A stretch of 62,740 nt of DNA, the filler included, from Sphacelaria rigidula (lineage: Eukaryota): the NCBI GenBank assembly GCA_964200075.2. It is 11 parts of 11 records of this genome, joined end to end, with 100 filler letters (N's around TTAATTAATTAA, not from the genome) between each part and the next. Parts side by side here need not be neighbours in the genome. Positions count along the whole stretch, not along the records: positions 11,427 to 17,039 come from CAXNAA020025857.1; positions 17,140 to 22,752 come from CAXNAA020025858.1; positions 22,853 to 28,465 come from CAXNAA020025859.1; 8 more parts are not named here. One strand, given 5' to 3'. The position numbers were made by a program, and so were the translations under genes. Below the pieces are notes generated by a model. That model was not told where the DNA came from, made no database searches, and was given only the letters and a program-made list of their open reading frames with translations. The first letter of the stretch is position 1; the number at the start of each line of letters is the position of its first letter. Of the stretch, positions 12,453 through 24,580 are shown piece after piece.

Positions 12453-12784
12453 CACACGCGGCCATTTGGCTACACCCCAGAATGACTCCGGAGGGATGCG
12501 CGGCCCTCCAGAGGGAAAACAAGCCTCCGGAGGCCTTCAATCCCTCTGGAGGAAACCAAACACTACCGATCCGGAGGGCCGCGCACCCCTCCGGAGGAAT
12601 TTGGGGGTATGCGCGGCCCTCCAGGACGAAAATACGCCTCCGGAGGTGTTTAATCCTCCTGGAAGAAACCAAAAGATATCCTCTGGAGGGCCGCGCATCC
12701 CTCCCGAGGCGTTTGATTCCTCTGGAGGCTCGAAATGTTTACCCACCTGGAGGAATTTTGGGGGTAGCCAAATGCCCGCGTGTG
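12453..12784. mobile_element. MITE with about 35-bp TIRs and internal CCGGAGG subterminal repeats, inserted in a (GTT)n tract
   Basis: Left end CACACGCGGCCATTTGGCTACACCCCAGAAT versus right end AATTTTGGGGGTAGCCAAATGCCCGCGTGTG. Confidence 0.8.
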
Positions 12785-13189
12785 TGGTTGTTGTCGTGGT
12801 CGTTATTGTCATGTTATCGCCGTTGAATCCTATCCACAACGCATACCCCCCCACCACAGGATACGGGTTACGTAAAAAAGCAGTTGAACAAAGCAGGGTT
12901 CGAATCACAATCCAGCGAGGGAGGGATCGGTGCGATAAAATGACACGTGACACGTGGGTCCAAAAAATATCAATGGGTTGTGTTCGGAAGTATTATACTC
13001 AACTACCTTCATGTTTTCCCGTGAAAGGAGACAAATAAACATGAGTGGTAGCCTCTATATTAAAATCCGTGTGACACTCAATCAATTGTATAATAGACAT
13101 AGCCTGCATCGTACAGTAGTTTTGACGGAGGAGCAAGGATCAGGGTACTGAGCACAACATGAAAGCTGAAAACAGTTACCGGTACATAT

Positions 13190-13529
13190 TTGATTTATTT
13201 GTCATTATTTGTCATTATTTTATTTGTCGCACTTTGAACCCCTTCCCTACCTTGGGATGAGTCCGTGGTCTCAAGGGATCAGCCCATCTCTCCCCCGGTA
13301 CACGCCTTACATTTTGGTCTCGCGGATTGGATCATGACCAACACTCCCGCACCGCGTCAACTCACGTCATACAAACTCAGTCGACTACTTTGTTTACTCA
13401 CGTTCTCACGCTTTCCACGGTGGAAATCAAACATTACGAAGAAAAAACCCAACGCGTTGGGAGCCGAACCCCCGTTCTCTCCTCCCTAATGGCGACAATC
13501 GGACCATTACACCACCGGGGCGCGGCGGC
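13190..13529 (-). mobile_element. tRNA-derived SINE (family B) with a LINE-like GTGCGACAA tail
   Basis: Minus-strand head GCCGCCGCGCCCCGGTGGTGTAATGG (A box) ... GGTTCGGCTCCC (B box-like). 3' end AAAGTGCGACAAATAAAATAATGACAAATAATGACAAATAAAT. Confidence 0.7.
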
Positions 13530-13625
13530 TACGGAATCTATTATATATTGCAATAGATGCATTAGTCCATACTGTACACAGTACACTTCTTGACAACGTA
13601 ATATGTTATCCAGGGTCTGGAAAGT

Positions 13626-14035
13626 ATGAAGAGCAGCCTGCGCCCTACCCGTCACAAGCTTTTACGGCGAGCCGTTGGGTTCCTCCGGAAGGATCGCTAC
13701 GAGCCTCTTTCATACCGAGCTATGCTCCCTATGACCAACCGCAAGCGTATCGAAGCGATCGTTTGCAAGTGTCAACTGTCTGAGATCGCACGTTCCAAAA
13801 GTGTGCTGCTCTCTTGGCCGGACGATTCTCTCGACATGATAGCACTGGAGAACACAGGGTAGTCAGTACCACGCTCCCTTCATTCAGGGCTGTGCTCGTG
13901 ATGACCAATTGCAAGCGTATCGAGATGACCATTTTTGTAAGTGCCAACTATCTGAGATCGCACGTTCCTTGGTGTGCGATCTTAGCCGGACGATTCTCTC
14001 GACATGATAGCACCGGAGGACACAGGGTCGTCACT
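13626..14035 (+). mobile_element. Short RTE-like LINE remnant with an internal tandem duplication of about 170 bp
   Basis: HKLLRRAVGFLRKDRYEPLSYRAMLPMTNRKRIEAIV is homologous to 7478-7760. The block ATGACCAA..GCAAGCGTATCGA..CCGGACGATTCTCTCGACATGATAGCAC occurs twice. Confidence 0.75.
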
Positions 14036-14181
14036 GTCACCATCTGGTTGCAGACTTGTTATCTACCTGGCGTGTGTTCTGCGTCTTGGGTCGATACGAG
14101 AGGCACGAGTGCACACTCGCCAAGAGGGTAGCTGGTATAGTGTGCGCTTGTTTTGTAGAGCTTGTTAAGATGGTATATTTT

Positions 14182-14412
14182 CAGGGCTCTTCACGTCACA
14201 CGTCACAAAGTTCGTTACACGTCACAAGTTAAGCCTGGCTAGTGCTACGGTGGAGGCCTACGTGGTTCCCCACCGTAGCACTAGCCAGGCCCGAGGCTTA
14301 ATTTGATTTGACCTGACTTTACACAGGGCTCCGCGTGTAATGAATTTTGTGATGTGTAACGTTAAGTTGTGACGTGTAACTAAAATTGTGACGTGTGACG
14401 TCAAGGGCCCTG
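14182..14412. mobile_element. hAT-like MITE (CAGGG TIRs, degenerate 8-bp TSD) with a perfect internal hairpin
   Basis: TIRs CAGGGCTCTTCACGTCACACGTCACAA and TTGTGACGTGTGACGTCAAGGGCCCTG. Flanks TATATTTT and TGCATTTT. Perfect 21-bp internal stem at 14233-14290. Confidence 0.8.
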
Positions 14413-14879
14413 TGCATTTTTCAAATGTGTTTTCTTGCGAGGGATGTCATGAATCTTGATTAATTTTGATCGATTGATTATCGCACTTTAACTGACCCCC
14501 CAGGGATCCAGCCGTGGTCACATTACTGCGATCATAGTTCTCAATTCTGGTAAGCAAATGGGGGCGTTTCGTTGTATGTACATGTGCCAGCTTATCTCTT
14601 CACAGGGCCGGTGTGCATCAAGTATGTATAATCATGTTCATTGATATTGACTTGACGCACAACAAGTGAGTTTTGTTCCTGTTCCTGAACTCAAATATGT
14701 TTATTCTATTTCGTGTCTCGTCATTTTTTTTTCCTTTTCGTGAACGCACGGACATGCTGATCATTTCCAGTTGTGTATTTGTGGTAACGTCTGCACTTCT
14801 TTTTGGTTTGCACACACCACTTTTTACGGGATCGATTTTTTGTCTTTTTGCTCAAAATCGTCTACTTGGACCCGTCGCC

Positions 14880-15210
14880 CGCGTTTGTCGCGGGGAAAGA
14901 CGGTCAGACTGATGAGGCCACCCCGGAATGACCTGCTCTACTGCGTGGGAGGATTCCGGCACACCTGTAGCTTTTTGATGCTCGCAGTTTGAGCTTAGAT
15001 CGAAAAACAAATCGCACAAACTTTGCACACGGTGGGAAATGGTGGCCCCAAATGGTCACTTTTGCGAATGTGCAAGAATTTGCTTTTGGGCCAAAACTTA
15101 AAGTGTGCGCACCGAAAATCGCCCAAGTGTGCCGAAAGCCCCTCACGTAGTATATCACGTCATTCCGAGAAGAGGTTATCTGCGTGGGCGTCTTGTCACG
15201 CGAAAAACGC
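14880..15210. repeat. Degenerate inverted-repeat (foldback/MITE) element
   Basis: CCGGAATGACCTGCTCTACTGCGTGGGAGGATTCCGGCACAC is mirrored by GTGTGCCGAAAGCCCCTCACGTAGTATATCACGTCATTCCG. Confidence 0.65.
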
Positions 15211-15411
15211 TTGGCGAGGGGGCCAAAATGGGCACTCTGGGGCAAACCGCTATGTCGTTCCCGCGATAAGTGGTCATGAGACCGCTTATCCGCACGTAAT
15301 TTGAGGCAGCACACTTTTTACTCCTCACTTTATCGGAAGGCAATAACACCTTGCGATTGAATACTCTTGATGTCTATACACACTCTCCTACATGTATGTG
15401 CCTTCGCGCAG

Positions 15412-15561
15412 GTGGTTGCGGGCGCAGCCGCTCCGGGGGATAAATACAAGCCTGTAGAGGTCGGAGAAGTGAAGATGGACTTGACCGTTGGCGTCAAAGC
15501 GGACGGGGGGAGTCGCGTGCGGGCGTTGACCGTGATGATCGGAGACCTGCCAGGCTTCAAG
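15412..15561 (+). CDS. Internal 150-nt phase 0-0 exon, product unknown (possibly exon 2 of the PAP-like gene)
   Basis: CGCAG| ... AAG|GTGCGT splice sites, GC-rich, and only one open frame: VVAGAAAPGDKYKPVEVGEVKMDLTVGVKADGGSRVRALTVMIGDLPGFK. Confidence 0.6.
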
Positions 15562-18500
15562 GTGCGTAGGGCGTTACCGTTTTTCATCATGGCAGGCCCT
15601 GCGGGCGAGAGTATGAGCTAGTGCTTCGACTGGAACGATGCAGCAGTCATCTGTACTCATCGTATGCTTCTCGCACAGAGCCACGACTGTTGTAACTTGA
15701 ATCCATTCTCCCTCTCCCACGAGATATAGGTCTTAACCCTGTTTGGTTTCACTGCCAATCTTACAAAACCACCCTGGTCGGTACTTTTTGCCTACATACG
15801 TATATACTCCCCTCCCCCCGTCCCCTCTAGCTTTTCCTGCAGCGGGTGTAGAGTTAAGGCGTTTGTGGAATTCAAGTGTGGAGTAGGATCGTACTCGAGA
15901 ACTTCGATCATTCGGGAAGGAAAAGGCTGGTCAAACATGTATATATACAGTTTTTCTCTCGTTGATTTGAAGACAATAAACTGGTATACAAGTAATGAAT
16001 TAAACCATTTGTTCGGGGGGGAAACCCGCGTCTCTGACTGCCGGCATGTATCTCAACGAGAGGCTCCCAAACCCCCAGCTCCGTTCGTCTACTCATACTA
16101 CATTTGTGGAGCCCCTTATTCCGGATGCGGATGTTGGGAACTTTCGGAACATCGCCGATAAAACATTCCATTTCAGTTAGAAAATGATTTCATCCTGCTG
16201 GCACCGTGTCGTCTTGCCTTCTTCTTCCCAGATTCACAGCAACTTGCGCGTCCTCGCGCACATTCTAGACGTCACGGTGAGGATTGTATTACCGCTGGGC
16301 GATGAGCTTTTTTGGCCCACATTACTCAGCACCCCACCGTGATGTTCCGGGGTTGTAACATTCATCGTAACCCGGTACAGCGCACGGTGTAGTGTATAGT
16401 ACCAAAAAAATGGCCGAGCAGTATCGCCCACGAGCACGGGGTTGTGTATCTCTCACTCTCCCACTCACCTCACCCCAGTTTTGTATGGCATTCTATACCT
16501 GTTAGGTACATTTCGCCCGAAAACGCCGTTGAAGCTAATGAGGGCCTTCGCAGGTAGCTTCATCAACTGCAGGGGTACACGGGCAAAGATATCGGTAACA
16601 CGTTTATCTTTTACTCGTACGTGTCTATGGCGTGTGCGAAGTGATCTTCATGCGGCCGAAACCCGGCCGCCCCGCTGGTGTTTCTTCTTCACCATCAGTT
16701 AGATCTTCCTGAGTCGCGCTCAAGTCTTCCAATTTTTTTTCAGAAACAGAACGCGTCCTTGCCCCGAGTTCAGTACAGCACTGTGACATCCGCTAAACAC
16801 GTGTACTCGGCTTAGATTATCCCCCTCTCAGGATACGGGTTAAGAACGACAGTAGTGAAACGAGTGACGATTCGGATCACAGGCTCGTAAGGGAGGGGCC
16901 GGTGATGTCACGATAGAGACCCCCCTTCCCCCCTCCCCCTGTGGGTTGGCGTTGGTTAGCAACGACTCTGTAGAACACGCCACTCAATGCGTAAGCTAGG
17001 CAACAAGGTTCCCGGGGGGGGGGGGGGGGGGGGTTTTTTNNNNNNNNNNNNNNNNNNNNNNNNNNNNNNNNNNNNNNNNNNNNTTAATTAATTAANNNNN
17101 NNNNNNNNNNNNNNNNNNNNNNNNNNNNNNNNNNNNNNNCTAGAATCGTTAGGAGCCCCCGAACCAGACAAAATTTCGCGAAAAGAGGGCACCCCTACCA
17201 TAGCATTGCTCACCTTTCGGTGATCGAAATCCAAATTTCTATGGCGTGCAGCAGGTGTCAATAGCGATCAGTAGGTGAAGAAATGGAACCGTATTTCGAA
17301 GATTTAGTGTGGATAGGAAGATTTTAATCCGCCGGGTTTCTCATCCCCAATAGAAGATCCATCCCCAATTTGTAAGATCCCGTGTTAAAAACAATGTTTT
17401 CGTGACCTTGAGAGTAGAGCGCTGATTTAGCGTGGCTTTGATCACCCGCTGTAACTTGGCCAATTTTTCATTCCGTGTGTGCTTTTCTTTGCCTATATCA
17501 CTTGCGTGAGCTCGCAGCTACACGTCGATATCCCACTAAGGAGTATTAACGGCCTCAGTGGCAAGCTACTACAGAGAGCATATTGGGCCTCGTGGAGGGG
17601 CATTTCGGAACTGAAACGAGTCATGTTCCAATTGACTGCTGTTCTCTCTCAATCGTATCCTCTACACTCTCAATTTCACGAAAACAACGTTCAACACATT
17701 TTGACGCGGAGACGCGTTTCGCTTCTATCGCGGTAGATAATTGGTCGGGATGTGGTGTAGCGGAGTGAAGCACGCTGATTTTGTTGACTGTTCGCTGGAT
17801 CCCTTTAACGTGTTGAACAGACACAGTTTCCTCCGTTTGTGGATACAGCCAGTATATTTCATATTTTCACATCGCATCACGAAACTCGAAAACTGATGGA
17901 CTCTTCATGGTAGTATAATCACATTGCTAATCGACTGGATTGATTCACACGAAACCACAACTAACTTGACAAAAAAAAAAAAACGGCCGAAAACCGAACC
18001 ATATTTGTAAACCATTCATCAACAACAACAGCACATTTTTCACCTCCTCCCCCTCTCCCCCCCTCCCCGACGAATAATCACGCAAGATAGGCATGTGCAC
18101 AACATTTATTACCCTGACGATATACCAAGGACAACACATAGCTCTGTAATGATAATCCACTTTTGTTCTCATTTTCGTTCAACCAGCCGACCACCAGCGT
18201 GCGCAAACGCACGCAAAAGATAAAAGCCCCCCCAACCATTTGACACCTACCTCTCTCGGACACACATGAAAAAAACACGACACTCAATGTCGCCAGCACC
18301 TACGCCGAAGCCTAGAGAGAAAAGCGAGAAAAGACGCCATGCAGGACGGATTACTCTCGTGGCACTACAGCTGGCGCGACCAAGCCACCGATCGACGAAC
18401 GCACATGGCAACCGCACCATTACGTGAAGGAGGGTTGGATTGTGACAAGAAATGGCGACGGACTTTTCGACAGCGCAGGCGGCGTATAACCCCATCGCGC

Positions 18501-20247
18501 ACAATATTTTACACGCAAATGTATGTACCCAGCGCGCGTTCATCATGCCCAACTCCTTCGCCATTGAAACACGACAGCAGCGACAACGCGCTGTCGTCCA
18601 AATGACACGGAGTGACACAACACTGCTTCGCTACTTCGCTCCTTCGCAACACAGTCTCCCTGCCCACCCCTACGTCCAACCCCCGGCAATGTCCAACAAA
18701 ACGTCGTGAGGGTACTAGCCGCTGCGCTATCTCGCCGCCCCCCCCACCCCGCCCCGCCGAAATGTGTACACCTAGGACAGCTCATGAGCTACCTCAAATG
18801 ATCAAAATCGAAGAGGACTATCAGATTCGTTGTCCAAGAACACGTGACAGCGGGGTCCAAGAAGCTCATGTTCCGGATCAATGCACTACTCCGGGTGTCC
18901 GGCGTCCAGCGCCTTAGGGAGGAACTACATAAAAAGAGGCTTAAATCAGCTAGCTCATGTTCCGGATCAGTGCACATATAAAAGTAATGTATTTAGGCAT
19001 AATAGCTCATGAACCGTCCGACGTATGGAGATGTGGAAGCTACCTCGACGAAAATCGGGCATCTCATCTCAGGCGAAACGATAAACCCGAACGGCGCAAA
19101 GATAGCGGCATATATAGGACGTTCCCAACGAAACGAGCAACGTTTCAGCGTATGTTCGTACTTCTTGCCCAACATGTGTCCCCCAGCGAAGGGCAGAGGG
19201 GGATGAGTATAAACTAGACATACCACAGGAGGCTCCTGATAACCATGCAAGCAACAGCAAAGGAGCTGTGAACGAAAAACGAAAAACCCGCGCATTTAGC
19301 GATCCATCTCAGCGGACGATGTCACCATCACACTAAATTACACACAAGTATAAACGACAAGGAATCGGAAGTAGTCGTTGGTTGTCGTCACCATCAAGCC
19401 CAAGGAGTACACGAAAAACCCTCTGTTTGCCTAGAGGAAGGACACGGCTCGACATGAAACTGCACAAAAAAAAAAGTACCGACGTATGCACGAAATCACA
19501 TCCTGGACAGTAAGTAGATTGCATTTGTCAACAAGTGTACTGCGTACAGTATCGACCGTCATGTAAATTGCGGTAGACAAAAGACTCCGTTATATACGCA
19601 ATACATTTCTTGACAATGTCATACTCTATTTATTGTCCAGGGTCTGTACGACATTGCGAAAAAAAAAACCGAGCAAAAACAAAAAGCGGGGAACGCCGCC
19701 ATCAAGCACCTGACGTAGCCCTAATAGTACAATGCCTGCTGCCATGATAGTCACCCTGTCTGTACACCGTCTCCGCTTCATCCCCGATGTCACCCCCACT
19801 GAAACCGTTTTTTGGGGTCCGTATCAAAAATCCATATGTTGGGGAATGGATTGCTTTCAAGCAGAGAAAAGGCGACATACACGTGGCATCCACAAAAAAA
19901 AACTGAAATTCAACTTGAACGTTCTGCCGCCACTATTATAAAAATCGAACCACTATTAAATAACGAAGTGATGGATTGGGATTATTCGCTTTTTTCCCCC
20001 CCCTTTCTTGTCAGCATTTTTTGTTAATGTAGGGGGTGGAACCTCCTCGCTCATCAAACCCACTTTACGGTTGACATACGGATGAGGTTAACTGACTGTA
20101 CTACAAATATACACACAACCAATCTCGCTATTCAACAAATCGATCCTCCTCAACCCCTTAATTCCCAGTGGCAAAATTCAAGGAAAGACAACGGGGGGCG
20201 ATTCCCAAACACTTCCACACTCTGGATGATGACAACATATGACGGTT

Positions 20248-20372
20248 GTCAAAAAGTGTACTTGCTGCGTACAGTATCGACTATTGCGTCTATTGCAATA
20301 GACAATAGATTCCACACTACTGTACGCAGCACCTTTTTGACAATGAATACATATATGTCATTTTCCAGGTTG
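20248..20372. repeat. Small palindromic repeat family (related copies at about 19527-19645 and, partially, 13531-13620)
   Basis: Arms GTCAAAAAGTGTAC..GCGTACAGTA ... TACTGTACGCAGCACCTTTTTGAC, with a shared downstream TCCAGG. Confidence 0.65.
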
Positions 20373-21126
20373 TGAACACTTCCACATGTCACTCTCGACA
20401 GCCCCTCCCCAGTATTCGCACGTGCCCTCCCCCCAACCAACCATTGTTCCCTCGTGCCTCCCTCCGTGAAAAAGCCAACCCCTTCTCAAAGAGCCAACTG
20501 CTGTTTCTGGAGTAACGGTATTCGTTGACCCCTCATGCCCCCCGCGGAAGACATCATGACTGGAGTATTTATTTCGACTGGGAAAACGATAATCGTTACT
20601 TGTTGGATCTTCGGATGTACATTACCATAATCATGTTCGGTGTCTCTTCACACAAGCACACACAACATACAACAACGGGATGGGGAGTTGTTGTCGGCCT
20701 CTCATCTCCTTCCCACCACCACACATTACAAACACACACACAGGTTAAACGATAGGATGGCTGCCATGCTGATGCCGTGCTGTGCTGTTTCACTCACCGT
20801 ACGAGGGGAAAATGAAAGTGCACGCAACCACTGTACCCTACTACTGGTGACACACTCCAACCACTGCACCGCATCATGTCACTTTAGGAAATAACTATAT
20901 ACAGCACTCCATTTCGTTTCGAAGTGCCGCCGTATGCGGAAGGTTGGGGTCAACTTTTTTTTTTCCCTACACGCTGGACAATAATTAAATATAGTCAACG
21001 CATGCAATACTCGTAGGGCCTCTACCTTGCTCAGTACATTTCTGTCTATCGCAACTATGTTGACCATACATAGTTTGTTCAGGATGAGAATTGTCTTGTT
21101 GCCAGCCAACACACGTCGTTCGCCGT

Positions 21127-21293
21127 CTACACCATGGTCATCATCTTCGCCTTTCTCGCCTGGGACACCTCCGCCCACTTGTATGCCCCCACAAACAACA
21201 GACCCCCAACTACAACGATGCCCACCCCGATTGGCCAGTATGGATAGTCGGGCCCGGAGTCCTCCTCCTCTTCCTCGGGTAATTCCTCCAGTT
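21127..21293 (-). CDS. Terminal exon of a type I single-pass membrane protein (acidic stalk, TM helix, short basic tail)
   Basis: Phase-1 acceptor GTAG|AACTG; (E)LEELPEEEEEDSGPDYPYWPIGVGIVVVGGLLFVGAYKWAEVSQARKAKMMTMV*. Confidence 0.8.
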
Positions 21294-21884
21294 CTACCTT
21301 AAGCACCAAGTAATTGACAGAGCCTGTGGTGTATCACGCAGCGGGAGAGGTAATGGGGTTGGTTCGGCGGGGGTTCGGGGAGGACAAAGATGGTGTCATC
21401 AAGCATGATATGACAGTGATAATCATGAGGATAATGGTTTCTACTATATCCGCACATTTTCTGAGTTTTATTTTGAGGAACAAAAAAGGGGGAAGGGAGG
21501 GATAGATGGGGTGATGATAACGGCCAGGAATATTTGAAGTGTAAATCGAAAATATTCAATGCAGAAATGCTTGAAGATTGTTCTTGTGTGTATGCATCGG
21601 TTTTTGACGGGGCGGAGAGCACCCGTCACTTCATAGCCACAAGGAGACAATTTTCGTAATTAGCCGTACCCAAACTCGACTTTGGCACCCAAACTACTGG
21701 ATTTTGGGGGGGGGGGTACCACCCATGATCTTGCATGCCGTCGTCATGAGTGTGCTAAAATTGAAATAATCAAGCAACAACCCTTGTTTCCGACCATTTG
21801 GTATACCTGCTGCTGAAAGTCATATGCTTCAACCGTATATGTAGGAATAAGAATTGAGGCGAAACAAGCATTTTCTGGTCTTAC

Positions 21885-22092
21885 CGTCCGTCTCAGGTTC
21901 CTCGTCCTCGTCGAAGTCCCCGTCCTGTTGACCAATCAAAAAGACACCATCCTCGACATCGGGATCTTTCACCATTGCAAACGCACGCTCCTCCGTGAGG
22001 TTGGAGGCGGCCGCCGCCACGAAGTACTTGGAAACCTCCGGAGTCGTCCCGCTGATGTCGATCTTCGCGGCCACCATGTCACCTGATCCCGG
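21885..22092 (-). CDS. Penultimate exon of the same membrane protein
   Basis: ACAG|CCGGGATCAGGT... to G|GTAAG, 208 nt, phase 0-1. Encodes PGSGDMVAAKIDISGTTPEVSKYFVAAAASNLTEERAF...DEEPETD. Phases match both neighbouring exons. Confidence 0.8.
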
Positions 22093-22527
22093 CTGTATGT
22101 GGTTGTTGTATTGTGGTCGTTGATTCGCAGGTGATGTTGAAAATGGATTTGGGGGGGGGAGGGGGGGGGGGGGGGGGAGCGGTAAAAGCTATTAAGTTGA
22201 TTGATTTGACTGATGGATCGATTGTCGCATGTTCACTCATCCCCGACGAGACCCTGCTGTGGTCATCTTTCACAAAATTGACGTGATATAGACAGAACGG
22301 AAACTGGAAAAACACTGGCTGAAGAAGAAAAAAAAAATGATCGAGTTACCCCGCAAGAACGATTAAATTACCCCGCGAGCTGATCCTGTGGTCTCACGAG
22401 TATAACGGAATTGTATGATTTGAGCTGATCAATAAAATACATGAGACATTTGTCATTTGTGGCGGCGTGGAGCTTGATCATGTGGAAAGCCCTGAAGGCT
22501 CGTCTATAGTTTTTCGAAACATCTCAC

Positions 22528-22647
22528 CTCCCAGTAGGTGAAGGAGAGATTGAACTGGTTCCCGAACGCTATGCCGCCGATAATGGGGGAATCGTCTTCA
22601 GCCAAAACGACACCGGCGAAACCGAATGCTGTTGCGTTTTCCTCGCT
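22528..22647 (-). CDS. Upstream 120-nt exon of the same membrane protein
   Basis: GGCAG|AGC...GAG|GTGAGA; encodes SEENATAFGFAGVVLAEDDSPIIGGIAFGNQFNLSFTYWE, with N-glycosylation sequons NAT and NLS. Confidence 0.8.
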
Positions 22648-22880
22648 CTGCCGGCAAAAAAAGGGGGGCGGGGGGGGGGGGATAAAATTAATAAGAGTAC
22701 AAAAAGACTGTGAAGTGAAAAAAAAACAAAAATAATAAAAAAAACAAAGGAANNNNNNNNNNNNNNNNNNNNNNNNNNNNNNNNNNNNNNNNNNNNTTAA
22801 TTAATTAANNNNNNNNNNNNNNNNNNNNNNNNNNNNNNNNNNNNNNNNNNNNCACACTGGTGCACAGAATAAATGACACC

Positions 22881-22881
<1 letters not shown>

Positions 22882-22923
<42 letters not shown>
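22882..22923. repeat. (CA)n microsatellite
   Basis: Directly visible. Confidence 0.95.
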
Positions 22924-22925
<2 letters not shown>

Positions 22926-23309
22926 TTTTCCTTTCCGCCGCCTCCTTCTCTCTCTTCTCCTTCTCTTCTTCGGTCTCTTGCGGCTCCGTCCACTGAACGT
23001 CCGTCGTGTTTTTGTTGTACCAAAACGGCCTTCCGGTATCTTTATCGATACATTTTATCCACAGCTGTCGTTGCCGTTGTTTTTTGGCGTGTTTTTGTTC
23101 ACGAGAAGAGCAAGCAGACAGACAGCGTTTTTTCCCGTAAGGACGCCAATTTTCCCGTTCTTGATCTGATCGTTGTTTCGAATGTCTTTTTGATCGTATT
23201 CACGACCAACAGCAAAACGTGTTGCTGTGTGCATGGGCAGAAGCAGCGGATATGAAGCCCCCTGATCAACATGCCCCTACATCTTCTTCTTTATCTTCGC
23301 ATATTCTGG

Positions 23310-23503
23310 TCATCATCAACATTACCATCGTCATCATCCTTTTCATCGTCGTCGTCATTATTATTATCCTTATCATTATCATCATTGGCATTATCATCGT
23401 TAACATCACTATCATTATCATCATTAGTATCATCAGTATCATCATCGTCATCATCATCATCGTCGTCATCATCATCATCATCATCACCGTCATCATCATC
23501 GTC
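23310..23503. repeat. Degenerate (ATC/GTC/ATT)n trinucleotide microsatellite
   Basis: Directly visible; it produces the poly-I, poly-S, poly-D and poly-M pseudo-ORFs. Confidence 0.9.
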
Positions 23504-24199
23504 AACATTTCTCAAAATTGGTGTACTGCTTCGATCGACGCACTGGCTTTCCTTTGGCTGTGCCTATATGTTGCGACTTATGATGAGCAATGACATCATC
23601 ATCGTTTTTCTCGTTTTCGACGCCCATCAACTAGTCACGTCAGAATTTCCGGCAAGACTTGCACCACGACGACTTGATCGTTTAATAGAAAATGGCAATG
23701 TCACATGCACACGATAGAGAAAAACATCCCTAGCTCGAGTGTACTGAAGGGTCATACCACGGTAGGTTTGCACTCTATATTTCTCAGCTTTGAATTGTTA
23801 GAAACCCTTCATTTCATCCGAAAAACGACCTGAGATATGTAAGAGCATGCGACGATTAAAATAGGATTCCAATGGGCTAGGGGTGTCTTCGAGTAAGTTT
23901 ACAACGGAGATGTCCTGACCCATATTCTTGTGTGGCTACTAACTTGAGGAGCCCCTCGATGAGAAATACCTGGACCCAAATGTGCAATCCCTACCGTGGT
24001 ATGACTCTGGTTCACTGAAATATAGCACTCTGTCCAATATCAGTGTGAAATCTATTGATCTTTCTATTTTACCGCACGTGTGCATTTTGGGAGCAGACTT
24101 CGGTAGACAGACAGAAACTAAGACAGACATTTTACAGTATTCTCGACAAAAAAATGACATTTTTATTCCTCATTGCTCCATTGTATCCTTGGATTTCAC

Positions 24200-24580
24200 C
24201 ACTTTCATGTGTTCCTTCTCTCTCTCTCATTTCTAGTTTGATGCTGTCATGCTGTTTTTTCTTCTTTGTTTCCTTTATCGTTGGGACCTCTTGTTGTTTT
24301 TGGTTTCGGGTTTCTGTCCTAATTCTTTTTCGTTCCCTTATATTTTGTTTTGCTTTAATATGTTTTGTTTCTTATGCTTTATGCTTTTGTTTCCGTTCTT
24401 ATCTTTCAGTGTACTCGGCTTGTTCCATCGTTTGTTTTTTTCCACATTTATTGTTCCCTCTGCGAGCATGTCCGTTCTGTTTATCTCGAGTATGTCTATC
24501 TTGTGAATAATGACTAAGACTTGGTCCCTCGGGCATCAGTTAATGTGCGACAATCGATCAACCAATTGATCAATCATCAC
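24200..24580 (+). mobile_element. 5'-truncated RTE-like LINE 3'UTR and tail
   Basis: T-rich UTR ending GGGCATCAGTTAATGTGCGACAATCGATCAACCAATTGATCAATC, the same terminus as at 6832-6900. Other tail-only copies lie at about 11930-12015, 14458-14522, 22198-22266 and 37314-37580 (all on the minus strand). Confidence 0.7.

Noticed and set aside
12319..13038. 239-aa ORF, including WVQKIS as a possible PAP continuation
   Set aside because: It runs through a MITE and microsatellite. WVQKIS has no AG acceptor and adjoins a repeat also seen at about 16830-16912.
23219..23717. Poly-I, poly-S, poly-D and poly-M ORFs
   Set aside because: These are translations of an (ATC)n microsatellite.
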